DNA of 63,743 bases, the filler included, from Dirinaria sp. TL-2023a (lineage: Eukaryota): NCBI GenBank assembly GCA_051941275.1. It is 5 parts of 5 records of this genome, joined end to end, with 100 filler letters (N's around TTAATTAATTAA, not from the genome) between each part and the next. Parts side by side here need not be neighbours in the genome. Positions count along the whole stretch, not along the records: positions 1 to 12,700 come from JAVEBF010000746.1; positions 12,801 to 25,497 come from JAVEBF010000747.1; 3 more parts are not named here. One strand, 5' to 3'. A program made the position numbers and the translations under genes. This document shows positions 1 through 13,547 of the stretch, piece by piece. A model generated the notes under the pieces. It did not search any database, was not told the DNA's origin, and was given only the letters and a program-made list of their open reading frames with translations. Numbering within the stretch: position 1 is the first letter of the stretch; each line of letters starts with the position of its first letter.

Positions 1-603
1 CCATCCATAGGTCGCTTGTTTTTGAAGGTGGTTTTCCTGCTCGACCAACCCCATCCCGCCACACATCGTGATCAAACTGTGCATCTGGCAGCACCCGAAG
101 CACCCGATCTCGTATGCATGCACTGCGCCCAACCAGGAACGCGCGGATGCTGCCCCCTCGCTTCGTCGGTAAGTGGCTGTTAAGCGTCCAGTCGTCAAGG
201 TAAGTTTAGCAGGTGAGGTCAGCTAAGGTAACCTACTAAGGTAGATGTCGAAAAAACATACCTTGCGGTACCTATGTCCGGGCCTCAAACGCTCCCCGGT
301 CGCTTTCTTACCTCCACACTGACTCGCACCAGGGCTTCCACCGTTAGACTTCGGTTTACCCATTCTTACGTCCCGTGACCCCCACTTCCTTACCACATAC
401 GCTCATGTTGGCTCGGACCTCTTGTTTGCTGACTACCTTAGGACCATGTTCAAGAATAATCGGCCTTACCTCAATCGATCTAAAAAGCACGGCGTTCAAT
501 ATTATGGCTGTCGTTGTCTTTCCTTTAAAAACTCTCTCCTTTCCATCCGCTTTCCTTCCTCTTCCTCTTCCCTTTACCCTCCTCAGTTACAACCTGGAGA
601 ACC

Positions 604-1680
604 ATGCCTACCCATGCTGATGCACATCGCTATTCACCGCAACCCTCGTCTCCACTTGATTCCATATATTCCCATTCGCAATACAGCGATTCGAACGATA
701 GCACACTGGCTTCTTCCGTCGAAGACGTTCACATCTCCCGGCCGTTGAGACCCGGCGTGTACGTGCCTACCTTGACCTTCTTCCACAACGACAGCGAGGA
801 CCTTGACCTCGACACCATCGCACGACATGCTGTTCGCCTCGCCAAGGCTGGCGTCGCCGGGCTCACGACTCAGGGGTCGAATGGTGAGGCGGTGCACCTG
901 TCACACGAGGAGAGGAAGCTGGTCACGAAGGTGACTCGCAATGCCCTGGACCGGGCAGGATACAGCAACCTTCCCGTGATCGTCGGGTGCGGCTCGCAAT
1001 CGACGCGTGAGACAGTTGAACTTTGTCGCGAGGCTCTCCAGTCAGGCGGCGACTACGCCTTAGTTCTTCCACCCTCTTATTACAAATCAATGTACGCGGC
1101 CACTTCCCTGGTCGAGTTTTTCCAGGACGTTGCCGACCGCTCACCGGTCCCCATCGTGATCTACAATTATCCTGGTGCGGTGGCGGGTGTTGATCTCGAC
1201 TCGGACGTGATTACCAAGCTCGCCAAGCATCCCAACATTGTAGGCTGCAAGCTCACCTGCGGCAACACTGGCAAACTAGGTCGCATTGCAGCAGCGGTGG
1301 AGGCAGCGACGCCGTCCGATCACGGCTCCGGCTTCATGTGCATGGGAGGCTCGGCGGACTTCACTCTCCCAAGCCTTATCGTTGGCGGTTCCGGCGTTAT
1401 CTGCGGTCTGGGGAATGTAACGCCCGAGTGCTGCGTCAAGGTAATCAGTCTGTATGCGGAGGGCAAGGTGGAGCAAGCGAAGAAGCTGCAAGCCGCGGTG
1501 GCCCGCGGCGATTGGGCGGCTATTAGTGGCGGAATCGTGGGCACCAAGAGTGCGCTGCAGACGTATTACGGGTACGGGGGTTATGCACGTAAACCCTTGC
1601 CTCGACCTACCAAGGACGAAGCCTTGAAACATGCATCTGCGTTCCGGGAATTGGTTCAGCTGGAAAAGTCCTTCTCATGA
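604..1680 (+). CDS. Dihydrodipicolinate synthase (DHDPS/NAL)-family aldolase, similar to fungal 2-keto-3-deoxy sugar-acid aldolases
   Basis: Intronless 358-aa ORF. GVYVPTLTFF, GSNGE substrate motif, catalytic Tyr (IYNYP) and Schiff-base Lys (VGCKLT). Ser-rich N-terminal extension. Confidence 0.88.
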   Translation: MPTHADAHRYSPQPSSPLDSIYSHSQYSDSNDSTLASSVEDVHISRPLRPGVYVPTLTFFHNDSEDLDLDTIARHAVRLAKAGVAGLTTQGSNGEAVHLSHEERKLVTKVTRNALDRAGYSNLPVIVGCGSQSTRETVELCREALQSGGDYALVLPPSYYKSMYAATSLVEFFQDVADRSPVPIVIYNYPGAVAGVDLDSDVITKLAKHPNIVGCKLTCGNTGKLGRIAAAVEAATPSDHGSGFMCMGGSADFTLPSLIVGGSGVICGLGNVTPECCVKVISLYAEGKVEQAKKLQAAVARGDWAAISGGIVGTKSALQTYYGYGGYARKPLPRPTKDEALKHASAFRELVQLEKSFS

Positions 1681-2565
1681 CCGTTCTGTGGGGGTGGCTA
1701 TCTGCTTTTTTTCTTTTCTCTCTTTTTTTTTTTTTGATGCGTGCGTGTGTTAGATTTTTCTAAGATTACAGTATAGTCTTGAGTTTTCTAGCGAACCGGG
1801 CGTCTACGCATGCAAACCCTTCTCCGAGATCTTTGTTCTTCTAACGATCCTTTGGGCTCGTGATGATTGATCCCTCGATGATTCCGGGGTTGTTGCTGAT
1901 TTGCTTGCTTTTTCACATGTCAAGAAGCCCATGATATATTAGTAAAGACAGTGATGGGGGGGCACAGCGTAACATGGCAAAAAGTCAAAAAACCCCCTAT
2001 GTTAATGTAATCATGTTTTACATCATTGGATCGTCATCCATCCTCATCCACAAACCCCCACACATCCGCATTCATCTACCCGCACCGTTAACAAGGGCCC
2101 GTTACGGCCGCCACGTTATCTAACAGCGGGAGCCTACATACAATGGAAGCATGCATGCATCCATGCATGCAGCGTGATATCCAATCGGCATTGAAACGGA
2201 ACTTTCGTGGCGAATCGTCCAAAGAAGGAAAAAAAATTAATTTGGTGGCATATTCGATTCCCGAATTTCCTCTCCCAGAATTTTTATTTTCACGATTTTT
2301 CCTCTGGTTTTAGATAGATGTGATGTTGAGATGAATCCCTAGTTGATATGTGGATGGCGGCCGCCGGTGGTGGAGAGCAAAGAAGGAAAATCTACAGAAG
2401 CAGAAACAGGTGGCACAAATTGGGGAAAACTTCCCCTTGATGCAGTGCACCATTTCTCCCACGATTCTATTCTACTGTGATTCGTCCGTGCACGAACAGT
2501 CCTACAATTACATCGAGCATTGCGAAATGTTTCGATGCGGGTGACTGCAAGCTGAGGGGGTGCGC

Positions 2566-4001
2566 TCAGTACCCCCGCTTTCTGTCCACCTCATTGACCA
2601 GTTTCTCCCCGTTCTCCCTCCTCTCGAGATTGACCTCCAGGACCTGGAGCGCTCGGTCCATGTACTCACTGCTCAGGCCGGAGATATGCGGCGTGACGAT
2701 CGTGTTCGGGGCGTCCCACAGAGGGTGGTCTTCCGGAAGGGGTTCTGGATCCGTAACATCTAACGCCGCGCCCCGCAATCCTCGGAGGGCATCTCCTGTC
2801 TTACCTGCTTTTCGGTCCGTGTCATACTGACGTAAAGCGCTGATGAGATCGTCTTGGTTGATGATCTGACCACGTGCGATGTTGGACACGAAGGTGTTCC
2901 GCTTGCTGAGGATCTCGAACTCGGGTGCGGCGAGGAAGTGTCTCGTCTGCTCTGTAAGTGGGACACAGACTAGCAGGTAATCCAGATCCTGCGCCAGAAA
3001 ATGATGCAGGTCCTCTTTATCAAGCCCACTGTACCAAGCTTCGGGGATTGTGCCATCTGGGTCGCCAGTTCTTGGCACAATAAACCCTTTGTCCTTCTTC
3101 GAGTCCCGTGTAGCACGAGGGCTGGCGGTATAGGCCAATACGGACATCCCCATAGCAGAAGCAACCCGCGCGACTTGACGGCCAATGCTGCCATAACCGA
3201 GTACCCCTAATCGTTGACCGACCAGATCATGTAGCTGGCGTAAGTCGACGTAGGCCTCTGCATAATCTCTCCGCCACTGGTGTTCCTTCTGCCAACGATG
3301 AAGCAGATTGTAGGAATGGGATTGGACCAGAGTGGTCATTATCACCCTATATCTCTATATTAGTCCTAATATGACTGTCGTGAGGGTTACGAGATAACAA
3401 CCATTCGGAAATTTGCGGACCATGAATACCTGCCAGTAGACAACTTTAGTCGCGGCATTCGTGAGCCTGCCAGGGGGCGATAGGTTTACCTGAAGAGTTC
3501 GTTAAATGTACGGAAGTCTTGTTCCAGAAAGGAGATTTTGGGAGTCGGTTCAACCTGGATCGTGCTTAGCTGGTTGCGTATGTCTAAACCGTTGCACGTT
3601 ATGCAAACCCAGCAGAGACGACGTGAATAAGCTCTGAGAGAACAGTCAACACTTGGTAGGTGTTCGAGATCGAGCTATTTACCGAGCCTGGGTGCGTCTT
3701 CCACAGTTTCGGGTAGGGCGGATAAAGTGCACAGGATCGTGGCATCCTGGAACAGCTCTTGCCAATGCAAACACAATTATCAGAGAGGACCGGCGATTTG
3801 CCATCGGTGCGCAGCTTGATAGATACCTTTCGGAACATGCCTCGCCACATCCTCCCAAAGGGATGGCAGATTATTCAGGTTGACATAAGAGACTTTGATA
3901 CGCGGAAAGTTTTTCTTGAGGCGCTCAAGGCTCTTGGTCGGCTCTTCGAAGGGCAATGCAATGAGCAGATGCTGCTGCTCCGTGTCTGACCCTCCGCCCA
4001 T
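2566..4001 (-). CDS. D-isomer-specific 2-hydroxyacid dehydrogenase (multi-exon)
   Basis: ATG at 4001 (MGGGSDTEQQHLL). Several short introns at 3350-3830. Last exon has Rossmann GYGSIG, NIARG, AALDVTDPEPL and TPHISG. Confidence 0.88.
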
Positions 4002-4669
4002 CGTGACAGTTGCAGTGAGCAAACGGAGACGTCAAGAAGCAATAGGCTGGGACGGTTCCAGCTGAGAGCGGTTGATTCCCTCACGGGCAGTTTCTCTTAA
4101 ACATCGCCTGGGGAGCCACGTCTCCGAGTCAAAAGTACCCGCTTCATCCGAAGGCGTTATTACAAAGCAAGCAATCGAGTAGATCGATGCTACGTACATG
4201 TAACCAAGCGCTTATGTTCACCTGTGTGCTGGATCCTTGGAGGCTACTAATGTAGGCATTTAAGGTATTATTGTACCTTAGGCGCAATCCTTATCATGTA
4301 AGGTAACTCACATTATTGCTGGCGTGAAATAGCCGTTAATAGCCGACCGCATCAGACAGAATGAATGGATAGTCGGCATCTACTGTATTTCACATTACAC
4401 GCGTTACCTTTCTGAAGGTAGCAGGGCACGTTTACGATCAATCTCACTGGCTCAATCCCTTGCTGGTGCAGTGCCTACGCTACTGCCGCCACACCCAACT
4501 CCGAAGCCGTCTCCCGTGGAAAGCACTAGAGCATGCATAGCATCTTCGTTGGAACAGTGTGAGTCATTTTGATTTCAGCAATTCTCATATCTCGCACTCA
4601 CAAGTGATGGCCTGGAATGTGCAGCTACCTTACCATACAAGGCTATGCACAGTATGACCAGGACCTTGG

Positions 4670-7036
4670 CTACGGTTCTTCACCATACTCAAATTCCTCG
4701 ACCGGCCGAGGATGCTTGACACGAGGGACAATGGCTCTCCGTGATCCATCCTGCTTTCCGCTAGCCACAGTCAGCGGTGGTCTTCGGTTGCGTGCGCCTT
4801 TTCGCTGCAAGATGTAATAGCGGAAGGCCCAAGCAAACTCGTTTCGAGCCCATTGTATGTGTTCTCGAGTGTGGATTTCAAAGCGCGCATCGAGTTGTTC
4901 CAAGGATAAATCCTTCGTTTCGACGACGAAGAAGAATATCAAAAACCATCCAACGACACACCATGCTGAGTAATAGCCGAAAGCGCCCGCTTTGCCAAAA
5001 GTGTCCTCGAAGCTGGGGAACGTTACCGCAAGGAGAAAGTTGAAAAGCCAGAGTGTTGCTGTTGCCATGGACATTCCAAGATCTCGGACATAGAGTGGCA
5101 TACTCTCCGCGGCGTATACGAACGGCACTGGACCTGTAGAGAAGTTGAGTTATTTTGCCCGATGCGCATAACGAGCATGGGGAGAAACCAACCTTGACCC
5201 GGGCTATAGAAGATAGTGAATAGATACATTCCTGCCAGCATCATCGATATTTGGCCGGTCGTTCCAGTCTTTTGTACAAAGGACAGAGCGATCAGTCCCT
5301 GAAACAAGGCTAGGAATGGATACGTGAATAGCAGCAAATTGCGCCTGCCGAAGGTCTTCAAAAATGACGAGTTAGCGGATTGTGTCGAAGCAGAGCATAA
5401 ATGGAAGTACAACGAAGCCGCGGATTACGCTGCGCTAGGAACCTGTGCTATCTCGCCCCAATAGCCAGGACGAGCACTACACTTGCGAAAGTACTGCACT
5501 CACATCGATGGTCCATACTGCCGGAAAAGCGAAGACCCAGTTTATGATTCCAAAACCCATTGAAGCCAGTAAAGCCTTTCTGTCTCCGTCTAGCTGGTTC
5601 TCAAAAGCCTTAGACAGTATGTCCGAGGAGTAGAACGCCACTTGACATTCACAGAGTCAGCATATTCTTCCTAAGCAAGATGGACATGGCGTGCGGCATC
5701 ATCCAAAAAGGACCATGCCAGACCGCCAACGAAAGTGATATGAGAAAGTAGTTCGTTACTTACTTACATTCACGCCGCAAATTTGTTGGAGGAACATGAC
5801 GATCAAGCTAGCTACCAAGGCCCTGCGATTTCTGTCGATCGCCCATAGATCGATGAATCGGTTGTGCTGCCTCTGGATTCTTTCCTCGCCATCGAGAAGG
5901 TGGTGCATTAGAAAAAGGTCTCGTGCGGCCTGGAGTCGGGAATGACGAAGCCTGATGAGCGAATGGAAAGCTTTTGTATAATATTCTGTCTTGCCATTCG
6001 GTCGGCGAGCTTTGGACAAGAGCCATCGAGGCGACTCCGGCAGCGTAAAAACGTACGCTGCTGCTATCAGCGGGAGAGCCATAGGACTCGCAAGCATGAG
6101 CCTCCAATTTAACGAGCATTTCAGGGTCAGCAGGTCGCTGTTCGAAGCTGTGCCAGCTGATTTTCCAGGGATTCGGATACTTCGGCACTGAGGAGTGTCC
6201 CCCTGTAAAACGTTCCTGAATATAACTCCAGCGATGTAGCCTAGCATGATGCCGAAGGCCGTCCACATTTGCCACATCATGACCAGAGCACCACGGATGT
6301 TTGCCGGTACGCATTCCGCAGAGAAGACCGGGATCGTTGCGCTTTTTGCTCCAAGTCCAATACCCATTACAAACCTTGCGACGAACAGATGCTCCCAAGA
6401 ATTGGCAAACGCCTGCCAGACGCAGGCGAAACTGGACACGAGACAAGTGACGAAGATGGTTCCTCTTCGACCGAACACATAATTCAAGGGCTGGGTCAAC
6501 CAGCACCCCAAGACCGCGCAGGCTAAATAAGGCGCCGCGTTGACCAGACCTCTGATGCCAGAATTGTGATTCAAGTTATGAGCACTGAACTCGTGGTCGA
6601 TGCCAAATGCGTACTGGTAGAAGATTTGGGCTCCATTGACCGCCGTCTCGTCCATACCTTGCACAGTGGCGCCGAGTGAGCAGCATCCTACCAAGGCGTA
6701 AAGTATCCAAGGCTGATCCCATTTCCTTCCATGCACTGGATCCTCTCGTTCGAGTGCTTTTCTCTCCTCTTGCGTCAGTCGAAGGTTACCTGGCACTTCA
6801 TTTCCATGTTTGAATATTTCGGGATCCTGAGCCAGGAACGCTCCTTTGCGGATTGTGTCCTTGTATATATCCTCGATGTTTGTTTTGGTCATAAAATTGT
6901 CGATAAGGGTTTCCATCTCTTCTTGGCGTTTACCTCCAAAAGGGTTGATCAAGAGACTGTCGATGTTGGATGCATTGACGGAGAAATCGTCCTCGTCTTC
7001 ACGGTCATGGTGTTGCGTTCCACTATCGCGACCCAT
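4670..7036 (-). CDS. MFS sugar porter (polyol/myo-inositol transporter-like), multi-exon
   Basis: GMDET, FGRR, ECVPANIRGAL, PESPRWL, QQICGVN, AESMPLYVRDLG and ETKDLSLEQLD sugar-porter motifs across ORFs 5756-7036, 5023-5412 and 4670-5128, separated by GT-AG introns. Confidence 0.9.
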
Positions 7037-7833
7037 CTTTTGCGGACGGGATCGGGTATACGTGCACGTTTCCGGCCTTGTATATCAAATGCAGATTTTT
7101 TAATCTTTACCAATTCAATTCCAAAACCTTGGGATGATTGGGAGGAAGTTAACTTTCATCACATATCTACCATCAATGACTCGTGTGCTAAACATGTATG
7201 GAAAGAAGGCTTATCAATTGTCACTTATATGCGGGTACTATGGAAGCGAGGCTGAATCCGTGGCAGACTGTTTTCATCATAAGGCCAGGGATTGTTTCGA
7301 ATCCAGGCCTATACACCTCCTTCATCTCGTATGGCATGATCAGTGGCCAAGTCCTCTCAGCCCCGCGCGCTCACTGCACTTGCATCGTGCAACCAACACG
7401 CATCCCAGAAACTCGCAAATGTCCCCGCTCTCGAAGACGCCCATCACGCTTTGCAAGTCAAGCTTACGTTGCTCGTCTTCTGCTGGAATAAACTGCTTCA
7501 GTTGGCGACTGTGACGAATCAGATCTGCTTGATTCTCATGAATTGGGGGTTCGGCGGGATTTGCTTACTTAGAGCAATCTGCCTTACACTAGTGACAGGT
7601 GAGGTGGGAGGCGCAATGCATGTGTAGGCGGCGTTTCAGCCTGCGATGCACACCCCCCCCCCCGATCCAGTGACTGGATCTGCGTCATCCAAATACATCG
7701 CGCACCTTCTCAAAAAGAGGATCTGATGCCGGAAGATTTCAAAAATCCTACGGAATGATGGGTTCTTCACATTGCCCTGCGAAGTGCACTATGTGATGTA
7801 CGAGTACTGCACTGCTGGCTGGGAACCGCCAAG

Positions 7834-10800
7834 ATGAGCGGACTTTCCCCGATTGGCGATACGATCGCTCTCACCACACTAGCCTACAAGCTCTATCAGA
7901 AAGGCTACCTCGTAGCTCGAGATGCACCTCGACATGTCAGGGATCTTGTCCAGGAAGTTGAGACCATCAAGACGATATTGTACACCATCACAGATCAAGT
8001 CAAACAGGAGCCCTCCCCAGCCATCACGCGGGTCTTGGGCAATTGTTTTGAAACACTGTCGGAGTTTGGCGCCCTGATAGAGAAATATGAGATTCTCTGT
8101 AAGTTCGTTTTCTATAACATGTTATTGGGTTGCTAAACGCTGTGGAAATGTGAAGTATCAGCGGTCGGTTGATATTTGTTCAAACGCTCTGGCTGAAATG
8201 AAGGGGTTTGCTCACCTTACATTCTGTCTTTGCATCTTCGCGACTTTGGCGATGGATCCAACATGGCCTATCAGCCGAACAAAGTTCAGCCCATTTCTGT
8301 CCATTTGCGAAAATTTCTGGACGACGCTTCATGATGATGCTGCAAACTCCCAAGACTTTCTGTTTCGATCTACTTACCTTTAACAGCTTTCAGCGACCGT
8401 GGTAATCGGTTCAAAAAGGTCCAATGGGCCAATGAACAAAATAAAATACGGGATTTGCGGGAAAAATTCCGCGACCATGAACGGCGACTTCATCTCATCC
8501 TCACTGCAGAGGGAAGGTGAGCCGCTACCTCGGGTGCCTCGAAGCTATTCACTTCTGCTCATTTTCCCTTTAGATCTGAACTAGACAAGTCCGCGTCGAG
8601 CAAAGACGCTAGCAGTGTCCAACAGGATCTGTTCCCAAATACCTCCCTATCTATGGCGAGAACACCAACCACAGGAACGACAGACACAGAACGAACACTC
8701 CGAGAAAGTTCTCGGAGTCCACGCGCAAGCATAGCTTCTCTAAGGTCTGCCCAAATGCATCGTGATCTTAGCGATCGCACCAGAGCATATAGTCGGAGTG
8801 GCAGGGTGTTAAAAGATCTCTGGAAATCGGATCTGCGCAATCTCAGCGTTTCGCAGACTTTAGCAGAATGTCCCAATTGTGCTACCAGAGCCGATGTGAC
8901 TCAAGCAATTGAATTAGATGACGAAGAAAACGATACTGCAGTCGCGCCATCAGAAGCACGTGCTAAAGAGCCGTTTCAGCCACACTCTGCCCGAGAAAAG
9001 TATCAAATATCCGCTGCGTTGCAGGCGTGTTTCGAAAAGAGCCATGATTCCTTGAAAACCGAATTTTCTCTTGAGTCCTGGCTTCGTATAGGGACGTGGT
9101 GGCTGATTAAGTCACGCATAATCTCGAGAGCGCTAACTCAAAAAGGTGTTCAACGGCGCAGCACTCGTACCTCGGAATTTGAGAGTCGTTGGGAAAGTAC
9201 TGTATCTGAAGAACAGGCTTCGTTAGACCTGCTTAAGAGCTCCTGGATATTCGAGGAGATAATACTGAAACAGCTCGAAGACGAGAGCTTTTTTGATATA
9301 TACATTCAGAAGCTCGCGACAGATCTCATGCGAAACATTGACGTCGACCTGCGGGACAATCGAGCTTCGGTGACAGCTGTATCGGCAGCAGACGATGATG
9401 GCTTAAGGAGGCTGAATACCGGTCTGTTGGAGGACTTTCAACAGCCCCTTGAAGCAAAAAGCGATGTGCCAAAAGCAATAGATGATCCGTCCACACCTTT
9501 CAGATGGATTGATGTGCGATTCCCGCCAATATGTCACAGTAAGAGACACTTGCTGACTCAAAGTAGGTAGATATTGATAATGCAGGCTTCGAGACTGAGA
9601 AGGTTGTCTTCAGGACGTTTGTCAATGCTCAATTTGGCATTAAGGAGCATCGTTCAAAGTCATTCAGCGCGCCTTACCTGCTGCTTTTATGGACAGCGGC
9701 TGGGGAAAATAACATTTTCCTATCTTTGATCAATCACCAAGGGACACTCAACTTATCGCGCAAGCTCTCTGTTCACGACTTGAAGCACTACGATAGTGCC
9801 GACGCAAGTCTGGCTCCGTTGGCTGTGGATTTCCCAAGCCATATTGATGCTGAGATCAAGTTCTTGAACGCAAATGACGTGGATGACTTTCTGGCATTAC
9901 CTCGGAGGTTCTTCGCAGCCATGGGAGAACAACTCGCCGGACCGGAAGAAATAGCTCTCTTTCAAACCCATGTGCTGTCTTACGACGATAAACTGTCTAG
10001 GTCTGGGGAGTGGAAAACCAGCGCTACAATGCGGGCAAGCAAGAGATCCTCGTGTGGGTTGCGCATGTACGAAACAGTGACTGGTGATCGTTGGACGGTC
10101 ACACGTCGTCTTGTCGTCAGCTCTGCACCAGACAGCACCGGCCCCTTTTGCATCTCGCATTGGCTCCCTCCCGATAAGATCGAAATTCAAGTGGATAGTA
10201 CTGCAGTCACTGTGGATTGGTCGAATTGTGCCCAGCATAAGCCTGAGACCACAAACAAGACGACATTCCATTACTACGGATACGATGCAGACCATCCCAA
10301 TTGCCAAGTACGCATGATCTTCGGTAACTCTCGAGACGCCAGATTGTTTAGAGACATTTTGCTATACCCAACAGAAATGCTGCCACAAGTCCGGCAAGTG
10401 GTGGAAATCGAGCCACCATCGTCGGTTCAAAACACCCGCATATATCGGCTCGAGGATGAACATGAACCCGACACACCCTACTCTGCCATTGTTTCGGCGA
10501 CTAAAAACCCTAAATCATTCCATAAATCCGAGATATTCTACGGTTAGTTTGAAATACCACTGGCTGCGGAGCTTTATGGCTGATAGTCAATAGTTTATAA
10601 GGACATCGATTTCGAATTCGCGGACAAGGACCTAAACGCTGTCATATTTCACCAAGTATGGAGCCCGGGCTACGTATCAACCAAGCCTCGTTCTAGTTAT
10701 CCGCTGAACGAGAAGGATCCAATGCCGAAGTTTGGGGGTGCGGTGATGCCTAAGGAAGGCAAAGATGCCAGATTTACGTTCGGCTGTGAGCACGGTGAGT

Positions 10801-11490
10801 ATTAAGCAGGCGACGTGGCGTATTGTAATGAAGCTAATTGTTTACCTGCTGATAGATTTGATAAGGTTCATGAAGAGCCTGACGGGCTGGCGATTGAAAT
10901 ACTATGGGTAAGACATCACCAGTGAATCCAAGGGGGGACAAGTCGGCTGATGATCAACACGAAGACCTCTCCTCAAGACCACGCTAATCAAGACCGGCGG
11001 TTTCCGTGAGAGAAAGGAGGATCTCAAGGATGTCTGTGTCCAGCTGTGGGAGAAGGCGTCGGCAGAGGGTACGCCACGTACTCAGCTCGTAATCCGGGTC
11101 AGTGAGAATGCCGCCGAACCGTGGATTACTGCAACGTGTACGTTCTCCTTTTCCTCCATTTACCTCTTCCAGATTCTCATAGTGCGCGGCCCAGTGTTAG
11201 ATCATTCCTACTACCGCGATCGCACCATACCTACCACAACGGAGACGAGCGTGGAGCTCAAGAGCTTAGACGTCCAACGTGGCAGCGTGGTCGACGAAAA
11301 CATGATGGCTATGACACCGGGGGTCAATGAGGCCGCAGGTGGCAAACGCTGGAAATTATTGCTGAAATTTCAAGATTTAGAAGGTGAGATAGACTCGGAT
11401 TCCCTCAAGGTCAGAATCGATCATAGAGGATTTACTAAAACCTTCGCCTTAGACAGGCGAGCGTTCAGCGAGGAATCAGGGCTGGACTGA
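7834..11490 (+). CDS. Large multi-exon hypothetical protein with HeLo-like/STAND-type N-terminal helical domain
   Basis: Exon 1 MSGLSPIGDTIALTTLAYKLY...DAP. Intron 8099-8386, then SFSDRGNRFKKVQWA. Large exons ~8573-9513 and ~9567-10542, then small exons ending DRRAFSEESGLD* at 11490. Canonical splice signals. Confidence 0.7.
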
Positions 11491-12465
11491 ATCACGACTG
11501 AACCCCTCCTTATCCTGAAGAAGATCATGCATGAAACACCAGAAGATCGGCAACATCAATTCCAAACTAGTCCATCGCACTCGCTTCTTCATCAACCAAC
11601 CCCCAAAAATCACACGCGCATGTCCCATTCCTCATGCACGCGATACTTGCAAACCACACAAGCAGCCAATGTCATACAAAAACCAAAAGCCAGCAGCATC
11701 GCGCAATTTTGCACAGGGACCTAGCTTCGCCCAGACTGACAACCATTCCTATATTTACCGATCAATCCCGATTCAACGAATGCCATTGCATTCGTCAATA
11801 CGATCACAATTTTCTTGTCGATAACCAGTCGTTCATCACAAAGCACGGCCAGCAAGCAAAGCAAGCAAGCAATATATTATTGTTCATATCCAAGCCTTTG
11901 CGGCTTTCGACTGGCGCAACCGGGCGTGGGGAGGGAAAAAAGGAAGAAAGGGATTATTTTGATTGATTTGCCCCTTCTTTTCTTGTTCCACTTCCCTTCT
12001 TGTTATGGGGATTCTATGCGCATATATCTGTTCGATGTGTATGAAAGTGCGATCGCACAAAGAAAGAAAAATTCTTCTCTCTTCTCAGTCAAGTCTCACA
12101 TGATTTCATTACTGTTACTTGCTAGTCTATATTTGTTAGTCTTGAGAGAGTGTGTGAGAAAGAGAGAGCGTTACACACTTTGTATTCTGCTGGAATCCTA
12201 TTACATATATTACTTTTCAGCATGGCGAAATTCACACGATTTGATACAGCTGTTGTAAAAAAAAAAAAAAAAAAAAAAGTTCTGCTCTTCGTTTCGAAGA
12301 ATATTTTATGCAAAACAAAACTTTTTTATCCTCTTTAGCAAAGAATCATATCTATTCGAATAATCAAACAAACGAATTGGTGCCCCTTTCCTAAATCCTT
12401 ACGCAAAACATCATACATCAAACTCATATATATACAACCACGATACACAATAACCCACTCATTTC

Positions 12466-12514
12466 CTCTCTCTCTCTCTTTCCCTCTTTTCTCTCTCTCT
12501 CTCTCTCTCTCTCT
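12466..12514. repeat. (CT)n microsatellite in an AT-rich contig end (also poly-A 12257-12278, poly-T 12643-12666)
   Basis: Directly visible simple repeats. Confidence 0.9.
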
Positions 12515-12700
12515 GTCTTGACGCAGTCATCTTGAGTGTATCTCCCCTCACACTGAATTACTCGTAAGAGATAAGTAGCGAACTTTTTACATCGCTCGCG
12601 CATTAGAGAGGGAGTATTGATTAATCAATTAGAATTTCGGAATTTTTTTTTTTTTTTTTTTTTTTTATTTTAATTTACATGAGATGCGTTACTTGGAAAG

Positions 12701-12800
12701 NNNNNNNNNNNNNNNNNNNNNNNNNNNNNNNNNNNNNNNNNNNNTTAATTAATTAANNNNNNNNNNNNNNNNNNNNNNNNNNNNNNNNNNNNNNNNNNNN
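12701..12800. other. Artificial contig linker
   Basis: N44-TTAATTAATTAA-N44; the spacer gives stops in all six frames. Confidence 0.98.
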
Positions 12801-13547
12801 AGTGCCGTTGACCTCGTAGCCGTAGATGCTGTCTGTGAAGAATAGGTCCCCGGTGCTGGAGTCGAAGGTGAGGTCGTTGGGCGAGTTGAGGGCGGTTCCG
12901 TAGTAGTTGTTTACGACTGTGTTCACTTCTCCCGAGAGTGGGTCTACGGAGTAGATCCCCGGCGCGAGACCATTGATCGTGGTGCCGTTTAGGAATAGGG
13001 ATTTGCTGCCGCTTGCGGCCCAGTATATCAGTCCGTCGTGGAGGACACCGCCGTTGACTTCCTGCACGACTGTTTGCGGCGTATACGGCGAGAGGAGGGG
13101 GGGAGTGGTATTGAGGTTGAGTTGCAGTTGCGAAACAACGCCGTACCCGAATTCGGAGAATATGATGCGGTTTTGCGAGGGTATATAGACTGGGGCTTCA
13201 TGTACGTTGGGGCTTAGGGGGAAGAGTTGCTTGTTGGAAGGATTGGGTCCTAAGAGCGATAGTCCTAGGGTCTGGTTGAAGACGAGGAAAGATGCATTCT
13301 TCGCGTTACTGAAGCTTGGGTCTGAGGGCACAGAGGTGTCTTGGAAGGAATCGGAAAAGTCTATGTCGCCGTCACGGGAGGTCTGGCGGTTGAAAGGCGG
13401 TGGGAGGACAGCGGCGTGGCGGGTTATGCACACCACAGAGGTAGAGTTGGGATGGCAGTAGGTTGTTAATTCGGTCAGAGAGCCGGATTGAGCGCCGATC
13501 AGAAAGAACAAGGCGGAGAAATAATAGAAAAGGCTAGGGCGATACAT
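12801..13547 (-). CDS. Secreted SMP-30/gluconolactonase (beta-propeller) family protein, 3' truncated by contig end
   Basis: Signal-peptide-like MYRPSLFYYFSALFFLIGAQS. HEAPVY and NNYYGTALNSPNDL...FFTD motifs. Confidence 0.82.

Noticed and set aside
375..748. ORFs upstream of and overlapping the aldolase start
   Set aside because: Non-ATG starts and low-complexity pyrimidine-rich leader; no coding evidence.
11527..12338. Cluster of small ORFs at the end of contig 1
   Set aside because: AT-rich low-complexity sequence with homopolymers; no domain signal.
12745..12756. TTAATTAATTAA repeated four times at ~12.7-kb spacing as a biological repeat or CRISPR-like array
   Set aside because: Always centred in N runs; it is an assembly concatenation linker.
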